From Acidobacteriota bacterium (GTDB taxonomy: Bacteria > Acidobacteriota > UBA6911): a stretch of 64,000 nucleotides of DNA. A program made the translations under genes and the position numbers. Position 1 is the first letter of the stretch. The number at the start of each line of letters is the position of its first letter. The notes beneath the pieces were generated by a model. It did no database searches and was not told where the DNA came from. It saw nothing but the letters and a program-made list of their open reading frames with translations. The stretch covers positions 5,216,001 to 5,280,000 of the forward strand of contig OY761556.1 in assembly GCA_963664705.1 (NCBI GenBank), read 5' to 3'. Shown in pieces: positions 50,236-60,800 of the stretch.

Positions 50236-51057
50236 ATGCGTTTTTTCCCGGTAATTCTAGCCGTTCTTATGTTTCCCAATCTCCGGGCTCAGGAGCCCGC
50301 CGCGGTTGCGCCGCCTGCGGCACAGACGCCCTATGTGGAGCGGCAGGAAAAGGAGTTCAGTTTCTTTCCAGGCGGCAAGGTTGAAATAGCGGCGGAAGCA
50401 CCGGGGAATCTGAAAATCGTCGGATGGAGTCGGGGATCGGTCAAAATGGAAGCAGAGAAAATTGTTTATTACCTGTCTCCCGAAGAGGCCAAAGCGGAAA
50501 TTCAGAAATCTCCCGTTCGCGTCCGATATGGGCAGACCAGTTCTACCATCCGGACAACGCCCAGTCCATCCGCCAAGATGGAGGTGAACCTCACTATTTA
50601 CGTCCCGGGATATAAAACGGATATTAACGCAAAAATGAGTCGCGGGGATTTTGCGATTGAAGGTGTCAATGGATGGGTGGAATTGAGTGTGCTGACAGAA
50701 GGCAGCGTCGAGGCGAAATCGATGTCCGGCTATTTTTCCGCCACAACGCCTCATGGCGACATTGAGGTGGCTATGACCGGCCCACGATGGAATGGACTCG
50801 AGTTTGCGGCGGTGACCCAATCCGGATCGGCAAGCCTGGTCCTTCCGGCCAAGTATTCTGCCTCCCTCCAATTGGAAACCCGCAATGGTAAGATTTCTGT
50901 TGATTATCCGGCACAGGAAGTCGAAGGAGAACTCGTCCCCCCGGAAATCGAAATTCGAAAGACTTCACAAGTGCTGAAAGCGGCTGTAGGTGATGGAGGA
51001 GCCCCCATCAAGCTGATTACTTTTGCCGGAGACATTAAGTTATCAAAGAAGGAATAG
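50236..51057 (+). CDS. Exported DUF4097-type beta-repeat protein
   Basis: Signal peptide, T..G.I repeats, G.GG..I.L.T..GDI C-terminus. Confidence 0.72.
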   Translation: MRFFPVILAVLMFPNLRAQEPAAVAPPAAQTPYVERQEKEFSFFPGGKVEIAAEAPGNLKIVGWSRGSVKMEAEKIVYYLSPEEAKAEIQKSPVRVRYGQTSSTIRTTPSPSAKMEVNLTIYVPGYKTDINAKMSRGDFAIEGVNGWVELSVLTEGSVEAKSMSGYFSATTPHGDIEVAMTGPRWNGLEFAAVTQSGSASLVLPAKYSASLQLETRNGKISVDYPAQEVEGELVPPEIEIRKTSQVLKAAVGDGGAPIKLITFAGDIKLSKKE

Positions 51058-51117
51058 CGGAGGCTCCCGCCCGGACTGAAATTGTGCGTAATTCCTTCAT
51101 GACTGGACTCAGTCCTC

Positions 51118-52620
51118 ATGGTCTACATTGACGGCGAAACCTTGACGCTTGAAATGATGCGGCAGGTAGCTTGTGACGGCGAGCTTGTGGAACTGGCCCA
51201 GGCAGCTCGCCACCGGGTTCTTGCCGGCCGTCGCGTCATCGACCGCGCTCTGGACAGCGACATCCCTGTTTACGGAGTGACCACAGGCTTCGGTAAACTC
51301 AGCGATATCCGCATTCCGCACGACGAAATTCAACAACTCCAGATCAATCTTCTGCGCAGCCACGCCTGTGGAGTCGGCGAACCCCTGACCGAACCGGAGG
51401 TTCGGGCCGCCATGCTTCTTCGGGCAAACTCTCTGGCCAAGGGTTTTTCCGGAATCCGGCCCGAGACCATCGAAGCGCTGTTGAATCTGATGAATAGAGG
51501 AGTGGTCCCCGTAGTTCCATCCAAAGGATCCGTTGGGGCAAGTGGAGATCTTGCGCCTTCAGCGCATATGGCCCTGGTCTTGATTGGCGAAGGGGAAGCA
51601 TTTTACCGGGGCGAACGCCTTCCGGGCGCCATGGCACTGCAACGTGCCGGCGTTTTTCCTATGGAGCTGCATGCAAAAGAGGGGCTATCGCTTCTGAATG
51701 GAACGCAGTTTATGACGGCGGTGGGAGGTCTCTCTCTCTTGCGCGCGGAGAAGCTGGTGGAAACCGCGGATGTTGCCGCCTCCCTCTCCCTGGAGGTACT
51801 GCTGGGCAGCGTTGTCGCCGATGACGTGCGAATCCACCAGGTGCGTCCTCATCCCGGTCAAAGGATCACAGCCGCCCACATCAGCGGGATGCTTCGCAAC
51901 AGCGCTATTGTGGAATCCCACAAGAACTGCGGCAAGCTTCAGGACGCCTATTCCCTGCGCTGTATTCCGCAGGTGCATGGCGCTGTCCGGGATGCGCTGA
52001 TGCACATTCGCGCGGTTCTATCGCGGGAGATCAACAGCGCAACGGACAACCCTCTGGTTTTTGCCGAAGACGATGCCATCCTGGCGGGAGGCAATTTCCA
52101 TGGCGCTCCCATCGGCTATGCCTGCGACTATGCAGCCATTGCACTGGCCGACCTTGCCAGTTTTTCGGAACGCAGGCTGGAACGCCTGGTCAATCCCGAC
52201 CTCAGCGAGCTTCCGGCATTTCTTACGCCTCACCCGGGGCTTTCTTCGGGATATATGATGCTTCAGGTCATGGTGGCTTCGCTGGTTTCCGAAAACAAAA
52301 TTCTTTCGCATCCGGCTTCTGTCGACAGCATTCCAACCTCCGGAGATAAGGAGGATCACGTAAGCATGGGAATGACGGCGGCATTGAAGCTTCGATCCAT
52401 TATTGAAAACCTGGAAACCGTGCTTGCGGGCGAAATCCTCGCAGCCTGCCAGGCGATGGAATTCCGGAAGCCGCTGGAACCGGGCGAGGGGACGCGCAAA
52501 GCCTATGCGCTCGTGCGGCAGCATGTCCCGCCGCTTGAACAGGACCGGGAAATTACGCCGGATCTCGCCTCCTTGCGCGCACTCATCCGCCAAAATCGCT
52601 TCGCTGATCTACTTCTTTGA
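51118..52620 (+). CDS. hutH: Histidine ammonia-lyase
   Basis: VYGVTTGFG, RSHACG, GSVGASGDLAP (ASG/MIO), QDAYSLRC.PQ, GGNFHG, EDHVSM. Confidence 0.96.
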   Translation: MVYIDGETLTLEMMRQVACDGELVELAQAARHRVLAGRRVIDRALDSDIPVYGVTTGFGKLSDIRIPHDEIQQLQINLLRSHACGVGEPLTEPEVRAAMLLRANSLAKGFSGIRPETIEALLNLMNRGVVPVVPSKGSVGASGDLAPSAHMALVLIGEGEAFYRGERLPGAMALQRAGVFPMELHAKEGLSLLNGTQFMTAVGGLSLLRAEKLVETADVAASLSLEVLLGSVVADDVRIHQVRPHPGQRITAAHISGMLRNSAIVESHKNCGKLQDAYSLRCIPQVHGAVRDALMHIRAVLSREINSATDNPLVFAEDDAILAGGNFHGAPIGYACDYAAIALADLASFSERRLERLVNPDLSELPAFLTPHPGLSSGYMMLQVMVASLVSENKILSHPASVDSIPTSGDKEDHVSMGMTAALKLRSIIENLETVLAGEILAACQAMEFRKPLEPGEGTRKAYALVRQHVPPLEQDREITPDLASLRALIRQNRFADLLL

Positions 52621-52742
52621 ATCTTAGGGATTTAGCGGTAACCTCAAAGCCACGAAGTCTCAAAAAACTCTTCAATTTTTCTAAGAAAATTTGCTGAAGA
52701 TCGTTATTCCAGGTAAAGAAGCCGGAAGCCGATGAGGGCCTG

Positions 52743-53267
52743 ATGAAACCTCCCGAATCAAGCTGGGTATCATCCGTGATGACCGACTACGAAAAGCCTC
52801 TGACCCGCTACGCCGCCCACATCACGGGCGACATTGAGCGGGCCCGGGAGGTTGTCCAGGACACCTTTCTGAAGCTCTGTTATCAGAAACCGGCTCAAAT
52901 TCGCGATCATCTGGCGCAGTGGCTGTATACCGTCTGCCGGAACCAGGCGCTGGATGTGCGTCGAAAGGAGAGACGCATGACTGGACTAACCGATGCGCAG
53001 CTTCAAATGCAGGCTCGATCCGGGCCGGAGCTTTCCGCAGACCTGGAAAAGGATGAACAGCTCTCGGATGTACTCAGGATTTTGAACACTCTCCCCGAAA
53101 ACCAGCAGGAAGTACTCCGGCTGAAATTCCAGTCCGACTTGAGTTACCTGGAAATCAGCCGCATCACCAGTCTCTCGGTAAGCAATGTCGGTTTTCTCAT
53201 CCACACCGGGCTTCGCGCCATTCGCGAACGTATCCGCGTGCAACCGGCGATCAGGAGGGTGAAATGA
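52743..53267 (+). CDS. ECF RNA polymerase sigma factor
   Basis: VVQDTFLKL, WLYTVCRN.ALD..RK, LSY.EI, NVGFLIH. Confidence 0.9.
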   Translation: MKPPESSWVSSVMTDYEKPLTRYAAHITGDIERAREVVQDTFLKLCYQKPAQIRDHLAQWLYTVCRNQALDVRRKERRMTGLTDAQLQMQARSGPELSADLEKDEQLSDVLRILNTLPENQQEVLRLKFQSDLSYLEISRITSLSVSNVGFLIHTGLRAIRERIRVQPAIRRVK

Positions 53268-55756
53268 AATACGACGCGAACGATCCCAAATGGACAGCCT
53301 ACGCTCTCGGCGAAATCACCGACGCGCGGCAAAAAGCCGAGTTGGAACAACTGTTGAACGAATCTCCCGACTTAGGTCAGCTTGTGGATGAAATCCGCAG
53401 CACCGGCGAACTGCTTCAGCAGGAACTGCAGGCAGAGCCGGAACTATCGCTGACGACGGCACAGAAGCACTCTATCGAAAACAGCACCGCCTTGCCCAAA
53501 ACCTGGTTTGGCTTCAATTCCAGATGGGTGATGGCCTGTGCGGCCGCCTGGCTCATCCTGATTTCGATTGTCGCCATCCGGCAATTCCGACTGCAGCAAA
53601 ATAAAGCGCGGCAGAATGTCACGGCGGTTCAGCATATAAATGAAGGGAAACCTTCGCAACCTCCTCCACCCGTCAAAGAACAGGTTCATCCTGCCGCTAT
53701 CGCTACGGCAGGCAAACCGGCATTGCATACCCCCGCAGCTCACAATAAGCCGGAAGTGCCCCCTGCCGCCGCCACGGTTGCTGTGGCCGACAAACCCGAA
53801 AAACCTTCTCTCCAGCCGGTTCCACCACAAGCCGACAATAAGGCAATTCTTGCCGGAAACGTCATGGACATGACGGGCGCCGGGATCCCCGGAGTACAGG
53901 TGAGCATTGTGGATGATGCCACCGGAGCCCAAACAAAGACCTTCACGAACACGGCCGGCAGGTATGTGTTCCCTACTCTGACTCAGGGGAAACACACGCT
54001 GACTGCTCAAATGGCCGGTTTTCAAAAGGGCATCTATAAAAACCTGCCCATCGACCCGGCCCTTCCAACGAAGCTCGATATTCATCTGGAGGTTGCGTCG
54101 CTGCAACAGAGCGTGGAGGTGAGCGTCGCTTCGGACAACATGCTTTTAAGCACCTCTTCGGCACACAATAGTTTCATGCCTCCCACGACAGGCGCCATCC
54201 CTGGAGGCGTTGCTGGAGGCGTTGCCGGAGGAGTTGTCGGAAATCTGCTAAGCGGTGGCTATATGCCCTCCTCCCCGCGGCCGGCTCTTAAAGCGCGTGG
54301 CCAAGATCTGCTTCCGGTTCAACGGCAGTGGCGTCCCTTCAACACCGAAGCCTATGATCGTATCAGCGATAACAAGTTTCTGGATGTTGTGCAGAATCCG
54401 CTTTCCACATTTTCCATCGACGTCGATACGGCTTCCTATTCGAATATGCGCCGGTTTCTCGATATGGGGAAGCTCCCCCCAAAAGACTCGATCCGTATTG
54501 AGGAGCTGGTTAACTACTTCGACTATGATTACAAAGGCCCCAAGGACGATAAGCCTTTTGCCGCCAATGTTGAGCTTACCCAGGCACCCTGGAAACCGGA
54601 ACATAAACTCCTGCGAATAGGCATTAAGGGGAGGCCGATCGAAGCCGGGAAACGCCCGGCCGGCAATATCGTGTTTCTGCTGGATGTATCCGGATCCATG
54701 GCCGCTGAAAACAAGCTGCCACTGGTAAAGGAATCGATGCGGCTCTTCGTGAACCAGTTAAACGAATCCGACCGGATTGCGATCGTCGTCTATGCCAGTG
54801 CCACCGACATCCTTTTGCCATCAACGAGTGGCGACCAGAAAGAGAAAATCATGCAGGCTATCGATGGGCTGCATGCCGGAGGGAGCACCAATGGAGGCTC
54901 AGGCATTCAACTGGCCTATCAAACCGCTCAGGACAATATCATTCGGAACGGCATCAATCGCGTGATCCTCGCTACCGATGGGGATTTCAACGTTGGTATC
55001 ACAAACCGCGGAGATCTGACTCGATTGATCGAGGAGAAATCCAAGAGCGGAATCTACCTGAGCGCGCTTGGTTTTGGGATGGGCAACTATAAGGACGCAA
55101 CGCTGGAGCTGCTGGCCAAAAACGGCCACGGCAACTATGCCTACATCGATACTCTGAATGAGGCGAAGAAGGTCCTGGTGGAGCAAATGAACTCTACTTT
55201 GGTTCCCATTGCCAAGGATGTCAAAATCCAGGTTGAATTCAATCCGCGACTGGTGGGCTCTTATCGCCTCATCGGCTATGAAGACCGGCTCATGGCCAAG
55301 GAAGATTTTAACGATGACACAAAGGACGCCGGCGTCATTGGCGCCGGGCACGCGGTCACGGCGCTATACGAACTGGCACCTGCCGGAACGGAAGGCTCGA
55401 ATCCTTCCGTGGACCCGTTGAAATATCAAAAGCCGGTACAGGCTTCCGCGTCCGCGGGCAGCAGCGAACTGGCAACGATCAAAATCCGAAGCAAGGATCC
55501 GGAGAAAGATCAGAGCGTGCTGTCGGAATTCACGGTCCATGAATCCAAGAAGAAATTTGCGGAAGCTTCCGAGGATTTTAGATTCGGAGCAGCGGTCGCC
55601 GCATTCGGAATGGTGCTGCGTGATTCGCAGTACAAAGGAAGTGCCAACCTGGAACGAGTCCTGGAGTGGGCGAAAGAAAGCCAGGGTTCCGATAAATACG
55701 GTTATCGGCAGGAATTCATACGGCTGATCCACCGTGCGATCAGCATCTCTGATTAG
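53264..55756 (+). CDS. YfbK-like VWA protein fused to an anti-sigma-like N-terminus, a TM and a carboxypeptidase-regulatory-like domain
   Basis: TAYALGE N-terminus, TM, G.V.D.TGA.IPG, STFSIDVDTASY, DVSGSM MIDAS, TDGDFNVG, EDF.DD.KDAG. Confidence 0.88.
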   Translation: MKYDANDPKWTAYALGEITDARQKAELEQLLNESPDLGQLVDEIRSTGELLQQELQAEPELSLTTAQKHSIENSTALPKTWFGFNSRWVMACAAAWLILISIVAIRQFRLQQNKARQNVTAVQHINEGKPSQPPPPVKEQVHPAAIATAGKPALHTPAAHNKPEVPPAAATVAVADKPEKPSLQPVPPQADNKAILAGNVMDMTGAGIPGVQVSIVDDATGAQTKTFTNTAGRYVFPTLTQGKHTLTAQMAGFQKGIYKNLPIDPALPTKLDIHLEVASLQQSVEVSVASDNMLLSTSSAHNSFMPPTTGAIPGGVAGGVAGGVVGNLLSGGYMPSSPRPALKARGQDLLPVQRQWRPFNTEAYDRISDNKFLDVVQNPLSTFSIDVDTASYSNMRRFLDMGKLPPKDSIRIEELVNYFDYDYKGPKDDKPFAANVELTQAPWKPEHKLLRIGIKGRPIEAGKRPAGNIVFLLDVSGSMAAENKLPLVKESMRLFVNQLNESDRIAIVVYASATDILLPSTSGDQKEKIMQAIDGLHAGGSTNGGSGIQLAYQTAQDNIIRNGINRVILATDGDFNVGITNRGDLTRLIEEKSKSGIYLSALGFGMGNYKDATLELLAKNGHGNYAYIDTLNEAKKVLVEQMNSTLVPIAKDVKIQVEFNPRLVGSYRLIGYEDRLMAKEDFNDDTKDAGVIGAGHAVTALYELAPAGTEGSNPSVDPLKYQKPVQASASAGSSELATIKIRSKDPEKDQSVLSEFTVHESKKKFAEASEDFRFGAAVAAFGMVLRDSQYKGSANLERVLEWAKESQGSDKYGYRQEFIRLIHRAISISD

Positions 55757-55758
55757 GC

Positions 55759-55807
55759 AAAAAAAGCGGGGAATTCGAAGGAAGACTTCGAATTCCCCGC
55801 TTTTTTT
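55759..55807. terminator. Bidirectional intrinsic terminator
   Basis: A7, GCGGGGAATTCGAAG / CTTCGAATTCCCCGC stem, T7. Confidence 0.9.
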
Positions 55808-55819
55808 CTTGCTGTGTCC

Positions 55820-57580
55820 CTATTCCACAACCTTGATGTGAAGCTCGCGGAGCTGTTTGGGACCAAGGTCGGACGGCGCATCAAACATAATGTCGCTGCC
55901 GCTTGCCGTTTTTGGAAACGCAATGACTTCACGGATATTCGGTTCATCCGCCAGGAGCATCACAAGCCGATCAATACCGGGTGCCATTCCGCCATGCGGC
56001 GGCGCGCCGAATTCAAATGCATCCAGCATATGCCCGAATCGCTTCTGGATTTCTTCATCAGCGTACCCAAGGCAACGGAAGATGCGAGCCTGAACATCGC
56101 GACGATGAATACGGATGCTGCCGCTTGCAAGTTCGTATCCATTGCAAACCAGGTCGTACGCATCGCTCATGACTGAAGCGGGATCACTTTCGAGAATGTC
56201 CAGGTGCTCTGCTTTGGGACTCGTGAACGGGTGATGCGTAAAGCTCCATTTTTTATCTTCTTCGTCCCATTCGAACATCGGGAAGTCGACGACCCAGCCG
56301 AATGCCAGCAGATTCGGGTCCGCCAGTTTGAGACGGTCGCGGAATTCGAGTCGCAATGCACCCAGTGCTTTGCAGGCTGTAACCGGCTTGTCGGCAACCA
56401 TGCAGGCAAGGTCGCCTTCCTTCGCACCGGTCATGCGGGCGATTTCGGACACTTCCTCGGCGCTGAGCGATTTTGCCACAGACCCTTTCAACCCTTCCTT
56501 GGTCCAGGCCAAGGTCGCAAGTCCCTTGGCTCCCGCCGCGCGCACGAAATCGGTCAGCACATCGAGATCCTTGCGTGAGTAGCCGCCGCAGCCCGGAGCA
56601 ATGATGCATTTGATGACGCCTCCGGCTTGCAGCGTATCGGAAAAAACACGGAGATCGGTTTTCCGAACGGCATCGGAGACATCCATGATTTCCATCCCGA
56701 AGCGCAAATCGGGCTTATCCGTGCCGTAGCGATTGATTGCATCGGTATAGCTCATTTTGGGGAATGGCGTGAAGATCCGCTTGTGCGGCACGACTTCCGG
56801 AACAAGCCCCGTCACGAGGCCTTCAACCACAGCGAGAACGTCATCGCGCTCGACGAAAGACATTTCAAGATCGAGCTGCGTAAACTCCGGCTGGCGATCG
56901 CCGCGCAAATCTTCGTCGCGCATGCAGCGCGCGATCTGATAGTACCGTTCGTATCCGCCCACCATGAGGAGCTGCTTCAACTGTTGCGGGCTCTGGGGCA
57001 GCGCATAGAATTTTCCTCGCTGCACGCGACAGGGTACGACATAATCCCGCGCCCCTTCCGGAGTCGACTTGATCAGCATCGGCGTTTCGATTTCAACAAA
57101 GCCCAGCTTATCGAGGTAATTGCGCATGTACAGGATTGCTTTGTGGCGCAAAATGAAGTTCCGCTGCAGCCGGGAACGCCGCAGATCGATGTATCGGTAT
57201 CGGAGCCGCGTGGTCTCGTCGGTTTTGTATCCGTCGTCATCGAGCGGAAATGGCGGGGTTTTTGCGGGATTCAGGATCGTAATCGTTTGTGCCAATACTT
57301 CAATTTCCCCGCTTGCCAGATTGGGGTTGACCGTTCCATCAGGGCGCGGTCGGACAGTTCCGACTACCTGGAGCACAAATTCCGTGCGAGCCTGATCCGC
57401 AGCACTGAAAGCTTCACCCACGGTTGGATCTGCCGTAACCTGAACCAGTCCGGACCGATCCCGCAGATCAATAAAAATCAATCCACCATGATCTCTTCTC
57501 CGCTGCAGCCAGCCTGCCAGCGTTACCGTTTTACCGACATCCGTCAATCGCAGTTCACCGCAGTTTTGCATCTTCAACAT
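55820..57580 (-). CDS. aspS: Aspartate--tRNA ligase (probably non-discriminating)
   Basis: RDHGG..F.DLRD, TPEGARDY, LPQSPQ, RDEDLRGDRQPEFTQ, GAPPHGG. Confidence 0.97.
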   Translation of the reverse strand: MLKMQNCGELRLTDVGKTVTLAGWLQRRRDHGGLIFIDLRDRSGLVQVTADPTVGEAFSAADQARTEFVLQVVGTVRPRPDGTVNPNLASGEIEVLAQTITILNPAKTPPFPLDDDGYKTDETTRLRYRYIDLRRSRLQRNFILRHKAILYMRNYLDKLGFVEIETPMLIKSTPEGARDYVVPCRVQRGKFYALPQSPQQLKQLLMVGGYERYYQIARCMRDEDLRGDRQPEFTQLDLEMSFVERDDVLAVVEGLVTGLVPEVVPHKRIFTPFPKMSYTDAINRYGTDKPDLRFGMEIMDVSDAVRKTDLRVFSDTLQAGGVIKCIIAPGCGGYSRKDLDVLTDFVRAAGAKGLATLAWTKEGLKGSVAKSLSAEEVSEIARMTGAKEGDLACMVADKPVTACKALGALRLEFRDRLKLADPNLLAFGWVVDFPMFEWDEEDKKWSFTHHPFTSPKAEHLDILESDPASVMSDAYDLVCNGYELASGSIRIHRRDVQARIFRCLGYADEEIQKRFGHMLDAFEFGAPPHGGMAPGIDRLVMLLADEPNIREVIAFPKTASGSDIMFDAPSDLGPKQLRELHIKVVE

Positions 57581-57659
57581 AATCTGGTATTCCGTTCTTC
57601 AATAGATTTTCGAACAAAGATATTAAGATACATCAAAACCGCTCAAACCTGGGTTCGAA

Positions 57660-58892
57660 TTAATCCGAATTCCCAGTACCGCTGCCTGGATAGCGCGATC
57701 TCACATAGTTCTCAAGGATGGCAGTGAACTCCTGGATGAGAGTGTCGCCCTGCAAAACCGTCGCCAGCTTACCGTCGATATAAACCGGAGCCTTTGTGTC
57801 CTCGCCATTGCCTGGAAGCGAAATTCCGATATTTGCGTGTTTGGATTCGCCGGGGCCGTTGACCACACAGCCCATAACGGCAAGCGTCAATCCCTCTACC
57901 CCGGCATGCTGCTTCCGCCAGGACGGCATCCGGTTTCGAATATAGGTCTGGACCTGGTCGGCTATATTCTGAAATAGCGTGGAACTGGTGCGGCCACAAC
58001 CCGGACAGGCCGAAACCTGCGGCATAAACCGCCGAATCTCGAGCGACTGCAGGATCTGCTGCGCAACGATCACTTCCTCCGTGCGATCCCCTCCAGGGGA
58101 GGGAGTCAGGGAAACGCGGATCGTGTCTCCAATCCCTTCCTGCAACAGCACGGCAAGGCCCGCGGTCGAAGCCACAATTCCCTTGGCCCCCAGGCCGGCT
58201 TCGGTCAAGCCGAGGTGCAGGGCATAATCGCAGCGCTCGGCCAGCGTGCGGGAGACGGTGATCAGATCCTGAACACCGGATAGCTTTGCGCTGAGGATAA
58301 TATGGTCATGGGGAAGGCCGTATTGCTCGGCCATTTGGGCGGAATCCAGCGCGCTCCGGCACATCGCTTCCATCATGACATCCCGCGCATCCTTCGGCTG
58401 ACGGCTCCGCGAGTTTTCGTCCATCAATCTCGCCACAACCCCCTGGTCGAGCGATCCCCAGTTCACACCAATCCGGACGGGCTTGTCATTCTCCATGGCA
58501 ATCCGGATGATCTGCTGGAAATTATCGTCGTGCTTCTTCCCCACGCCAACATTGCCTGGATTAATCCGATACTTCGCCAAAGCCCGAGCGCACGCTGGAT
58601 TTTGCGACAGAAGCAGGTGGCCGTTGTAATGAAAATCGCCGATGATCGGTACCTGTCCATGGCGATCCTCGACCATTTTTGCGATTTCGGGCACAGCTTT
58701 GGCCGCCGCCGGTGTATTGACGGTAATGCGCACCAGTTCGGAACCGGCGGCCGCAAGAGCAACGATCTGCTCCGCCGTGCTTTGAATATCTTCGGAATTT
58801 GTGTTGGTCATGGATTGCACCACAACCGGCGCTCCACTGCCAACCATGATGCCGCCGACATTCACTCCGGTTGATTTTCTCCGCGAGATCAT
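57660..58892 (-). CDS. ispG: HMBPP synthase (GcpE)
   Basis: [57 protein letters not shown]. Confidence 0.97.
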   Translation of the reverse strand: MISRRKSTGVNVGGIMVGSGAPVVVQSMTNTNSEDIQSTAEQIVALAAAGSELVRITVNTPAAAKAVPEIAKMVEDRHGQVPIIGDFHYNGHLLLSQNPACARALAKYRINPGNVGVGKKHDDNFQQIIRIAMENDKPVRIGVNWGSLDQGVVARLMDENSRSRQPKDARDVMMEAMCRSALDSAQMAEQYGLPHDHIILSAKLSGVQDLITVSRTLAERCDYALHLGLTEAGLGAKGIVASTAGLAVLLQEGIGDTIRVSLTPSPGGDRTEEVIVAQQILQSLEIRRFMPQVSACPGCGRTSSTLFQNIADQVQTYIRNRMPSWRKQHAGVEGLTLAVMGCVVNGPGESKHANIGISLPGNGEDTKAPVYIDGKLATVLQGDTLIQEFTAILENYVRSRYPGSGTGNSD

Positions 58893-59018
58893 TCCTGCTC
58901 CTTTTCAGAAGCCGGAATTATACCTCGAAGATGGGAAGGCTCGAAGAATGCCTTTGATTCTTTGAAGTTTCGAGGATGGGACCGGTTGGTGTATCCTGAT
59001 TCGCTCAGGAGGAAAGAT

Positions 59019-59558
59019 ATGTCTCAGGCTGGCGAAACGATCAGTGCGGTTCTTCTCGATGCGCAAACAATTCAGGCGCGAGTCAGAGAACTGGGAGCTC
59101 AGATTACCAGGGATTATCGCGGAAAAAAGCCGCACGTTGTCGGGATACTCAAGGGAGCCAGCATCTTCCATGCGGATCTTGTACGCACCATTGATCTGGA
59201 TCTGTCGTTTGATTTTATGGCGGTCGGAAGCTATGGAGCTCTGACCAAAAGCAGCGGAGAGGTTCGCATTCTCAAGGATCTGGACGAGAGCCTCGAGGGA
59301 AAAGATGTCCTTCTTGTGGAAGACATTGTCGATACCGGCCTGACACTTCACTATTTGCTGCAGAGTCTGCAGAACCGGAATCCGGAATCACTCAAAATAG
59401 CGGCTTTGTTGAACAAACCTTCGCGTCGGGAAATTCATGTGGATGTGGACTATATCGGTTTCGATATTCCCGATGAATTCGTGATCGGCTATGGTCTGGA
59501 CTATAACCAGCGCTATCGCCATCTGCAGGACGTACGCATTCTCCAACTAACCAATTGA
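59019..59558 (+). CDS. hpt: Hypoxanthine phosphoribosyltransferase
   Basis: GILKG, VEDIVDTGLT, FVIGYGLDY. AGGAGG RBS. Confidence 0.96.
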   Translation: MSQAGETISAVLLDAQTIQARVRELGAQITRDYRGKKPHVVGILKGASIFHADLVRTIDLDLSFDFMAVGSYGALTKSSGEVRILKDLDESLEGKDVLLVEDIVDTGLTLHYLLQSLQNRNPESLKIAALLNKPSRREIHVDVDYIGFDIPDEFVIGYGLDYNQRYRHLQDVRILQLTN

Positions 59559-60716
59559 AAATAAAAAGGAGGTGCCGACGGGAAGATGCAGGCCAAAATT
59601 TTCCGCAATGGTCTGCCCCATATCCGCCAGCGAGGACCTCGTCCCCAGATTTACCGTCGCCGACAAACTTCCGCTGTACGCGAGAATTGGAACATATTCA
59701 CGGGTATGATCGCTTCCGCGATAGGTGGGATCGCAGCCATGGTCTGCTGTAATAATAAGGCAATCATCCTTCCTCATGGCCGCCAGGATATCCGGAATCC
59801 GGCTGTCGAAATACTCCATAGCCCCGGCATAGCCTTTCGGGTCCCGCCGGTGGCCCCAAAGCATGTCAAAATCAACCAGGTTGGCAAATATCAGCCCCTC
59901 CGGCGCGCGTTTCAACGCTTCCAAGGTTTGATTGACTGATTCGACGTTATTGTGGGCCTCCAGATGTTCGCTGATACCGTTGAAATCAAAAATGGAAGGT
60001 ATCTTGCCGACGCCAATGCTTGCCAGGCCGGAGGCTTTCAGATAATCCAACAGCGTTTTGTCGGGAGGGGGGATAGCAAAATCCTTTCGGTTGCCCGTGC
60101 GCGTAAAGGCTCCCGGTTTTCCAATAAATGGGCGCGCAATCACGCGGCCCACCCGATCCGGTCCATCCAACAACTCCCGGGCAATGCGACACATTCGATA
60201 CAGCTCATCCAACGGAATGACTTCTTCATGAGCCGCGATCTGAAACACAGAGTCTGCCGATGTATAGACGATCGGTTTGCCCGTCCGGACGTGTTCTTCG
60301 CCCAGTTCTTTGATGATCTCTGTTCCGGAGGCCGGCATATTTCCAAGGATTGCGCGTCCGACTGCATTCTGGAAAGCGGCTATAAGGTAATCCGGAAATC
60401 CGCTCGGATAGGTTGGAAATGGCGTTGACGTCACCAATCCCGCCATTTCCCAATGACCGACCGTTGTATCTTTTCCGTTGGAAAATATTGCCGCTTTGCC
60501 ATAGGCGCCCTGGGGTGCGGCAACCGGCGGGAGAGACGGCATTGAGCGGATGTTGCCCAAACCAAGCTTCTGAAGATTTGGCAGAGCAGGCTTCTGTGAA
60601 GCAATGACGTGGCCGAGGGTGTCGGCGCCCGCATCCCCCCAATCGGCAGCATCGGGCATCGCCCCGATCCCCACGCTATCCATGACCATCAATATCATGC
60701 GCCCGAATTGCCTCAT
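59547..60716 (-). CDS. deoB: Phosphopentomutase
   Basis: DSVGIG, GKDT..GHWE, YTSADSV.QIAAHE, DFD..GHRRD, TADHG.DP, DHTRE. Confidence 0.96.
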   Translation of the reverse strand: MRQFGRMILMVMDSVGIGAMPDAADWGDAGADTLGHVIASQKPALPNLQKLGLGNIRSMPSLPPVAAPQGAYGKAAIFSNGKDTTVGHWEMAGLVTSTPFPTYPSGFPDYLIAAFQNAVGRAILGNMPASGTEIIKELGEEHVRTGKPIVYTSADSVFQIAAHEEVIPLDELYRMCRIARELLDGPDRVGRVIARPFIGKPGAFTRTGNRKDFAIPPPDKTLLDYLKASGLASIGVGKIPSIFDFNGISEHLEAHNNVESVNQTLEALKRAPEGLIFANLVDFDMLWGHRRDPKGYAGAMEYFDSRIPDILAAMRKDDCLIITADHGCDPTYRGSDHTREYVPILAYSGSLSATVNLGTRSSLADMGQTIAENFGLHLPVGTSFLFSIG

Positions 60717-60726
60717 TCTCACTCCG

Positions 60727-60800
60727 TCAGTGGTCGGTGGGCGATAGTGGCAGTTGGCATTCCGCTCTGATTCGATCTTTGGCTGCCCGCTATCGACTGC
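60727..60800. repeat. Degenerate inverted heptamer array
   Basis: tcagtgg-tcggtgg-gcgatag-tggcag followed by ctgcccg-ctatcga-ctgc. Confidence 0.55.

Noticed and set aside
52622-52667. GCCACGAAGTC motif, also near 7824
   Set aside because: Possibly a remnant of an 8-nt-period repeat family, but too short and degenerate to call
57651-57660. GGGTTCGAAT T-loop-like sequence
   Set aside because: No cloverleaf or acceptor stem around it
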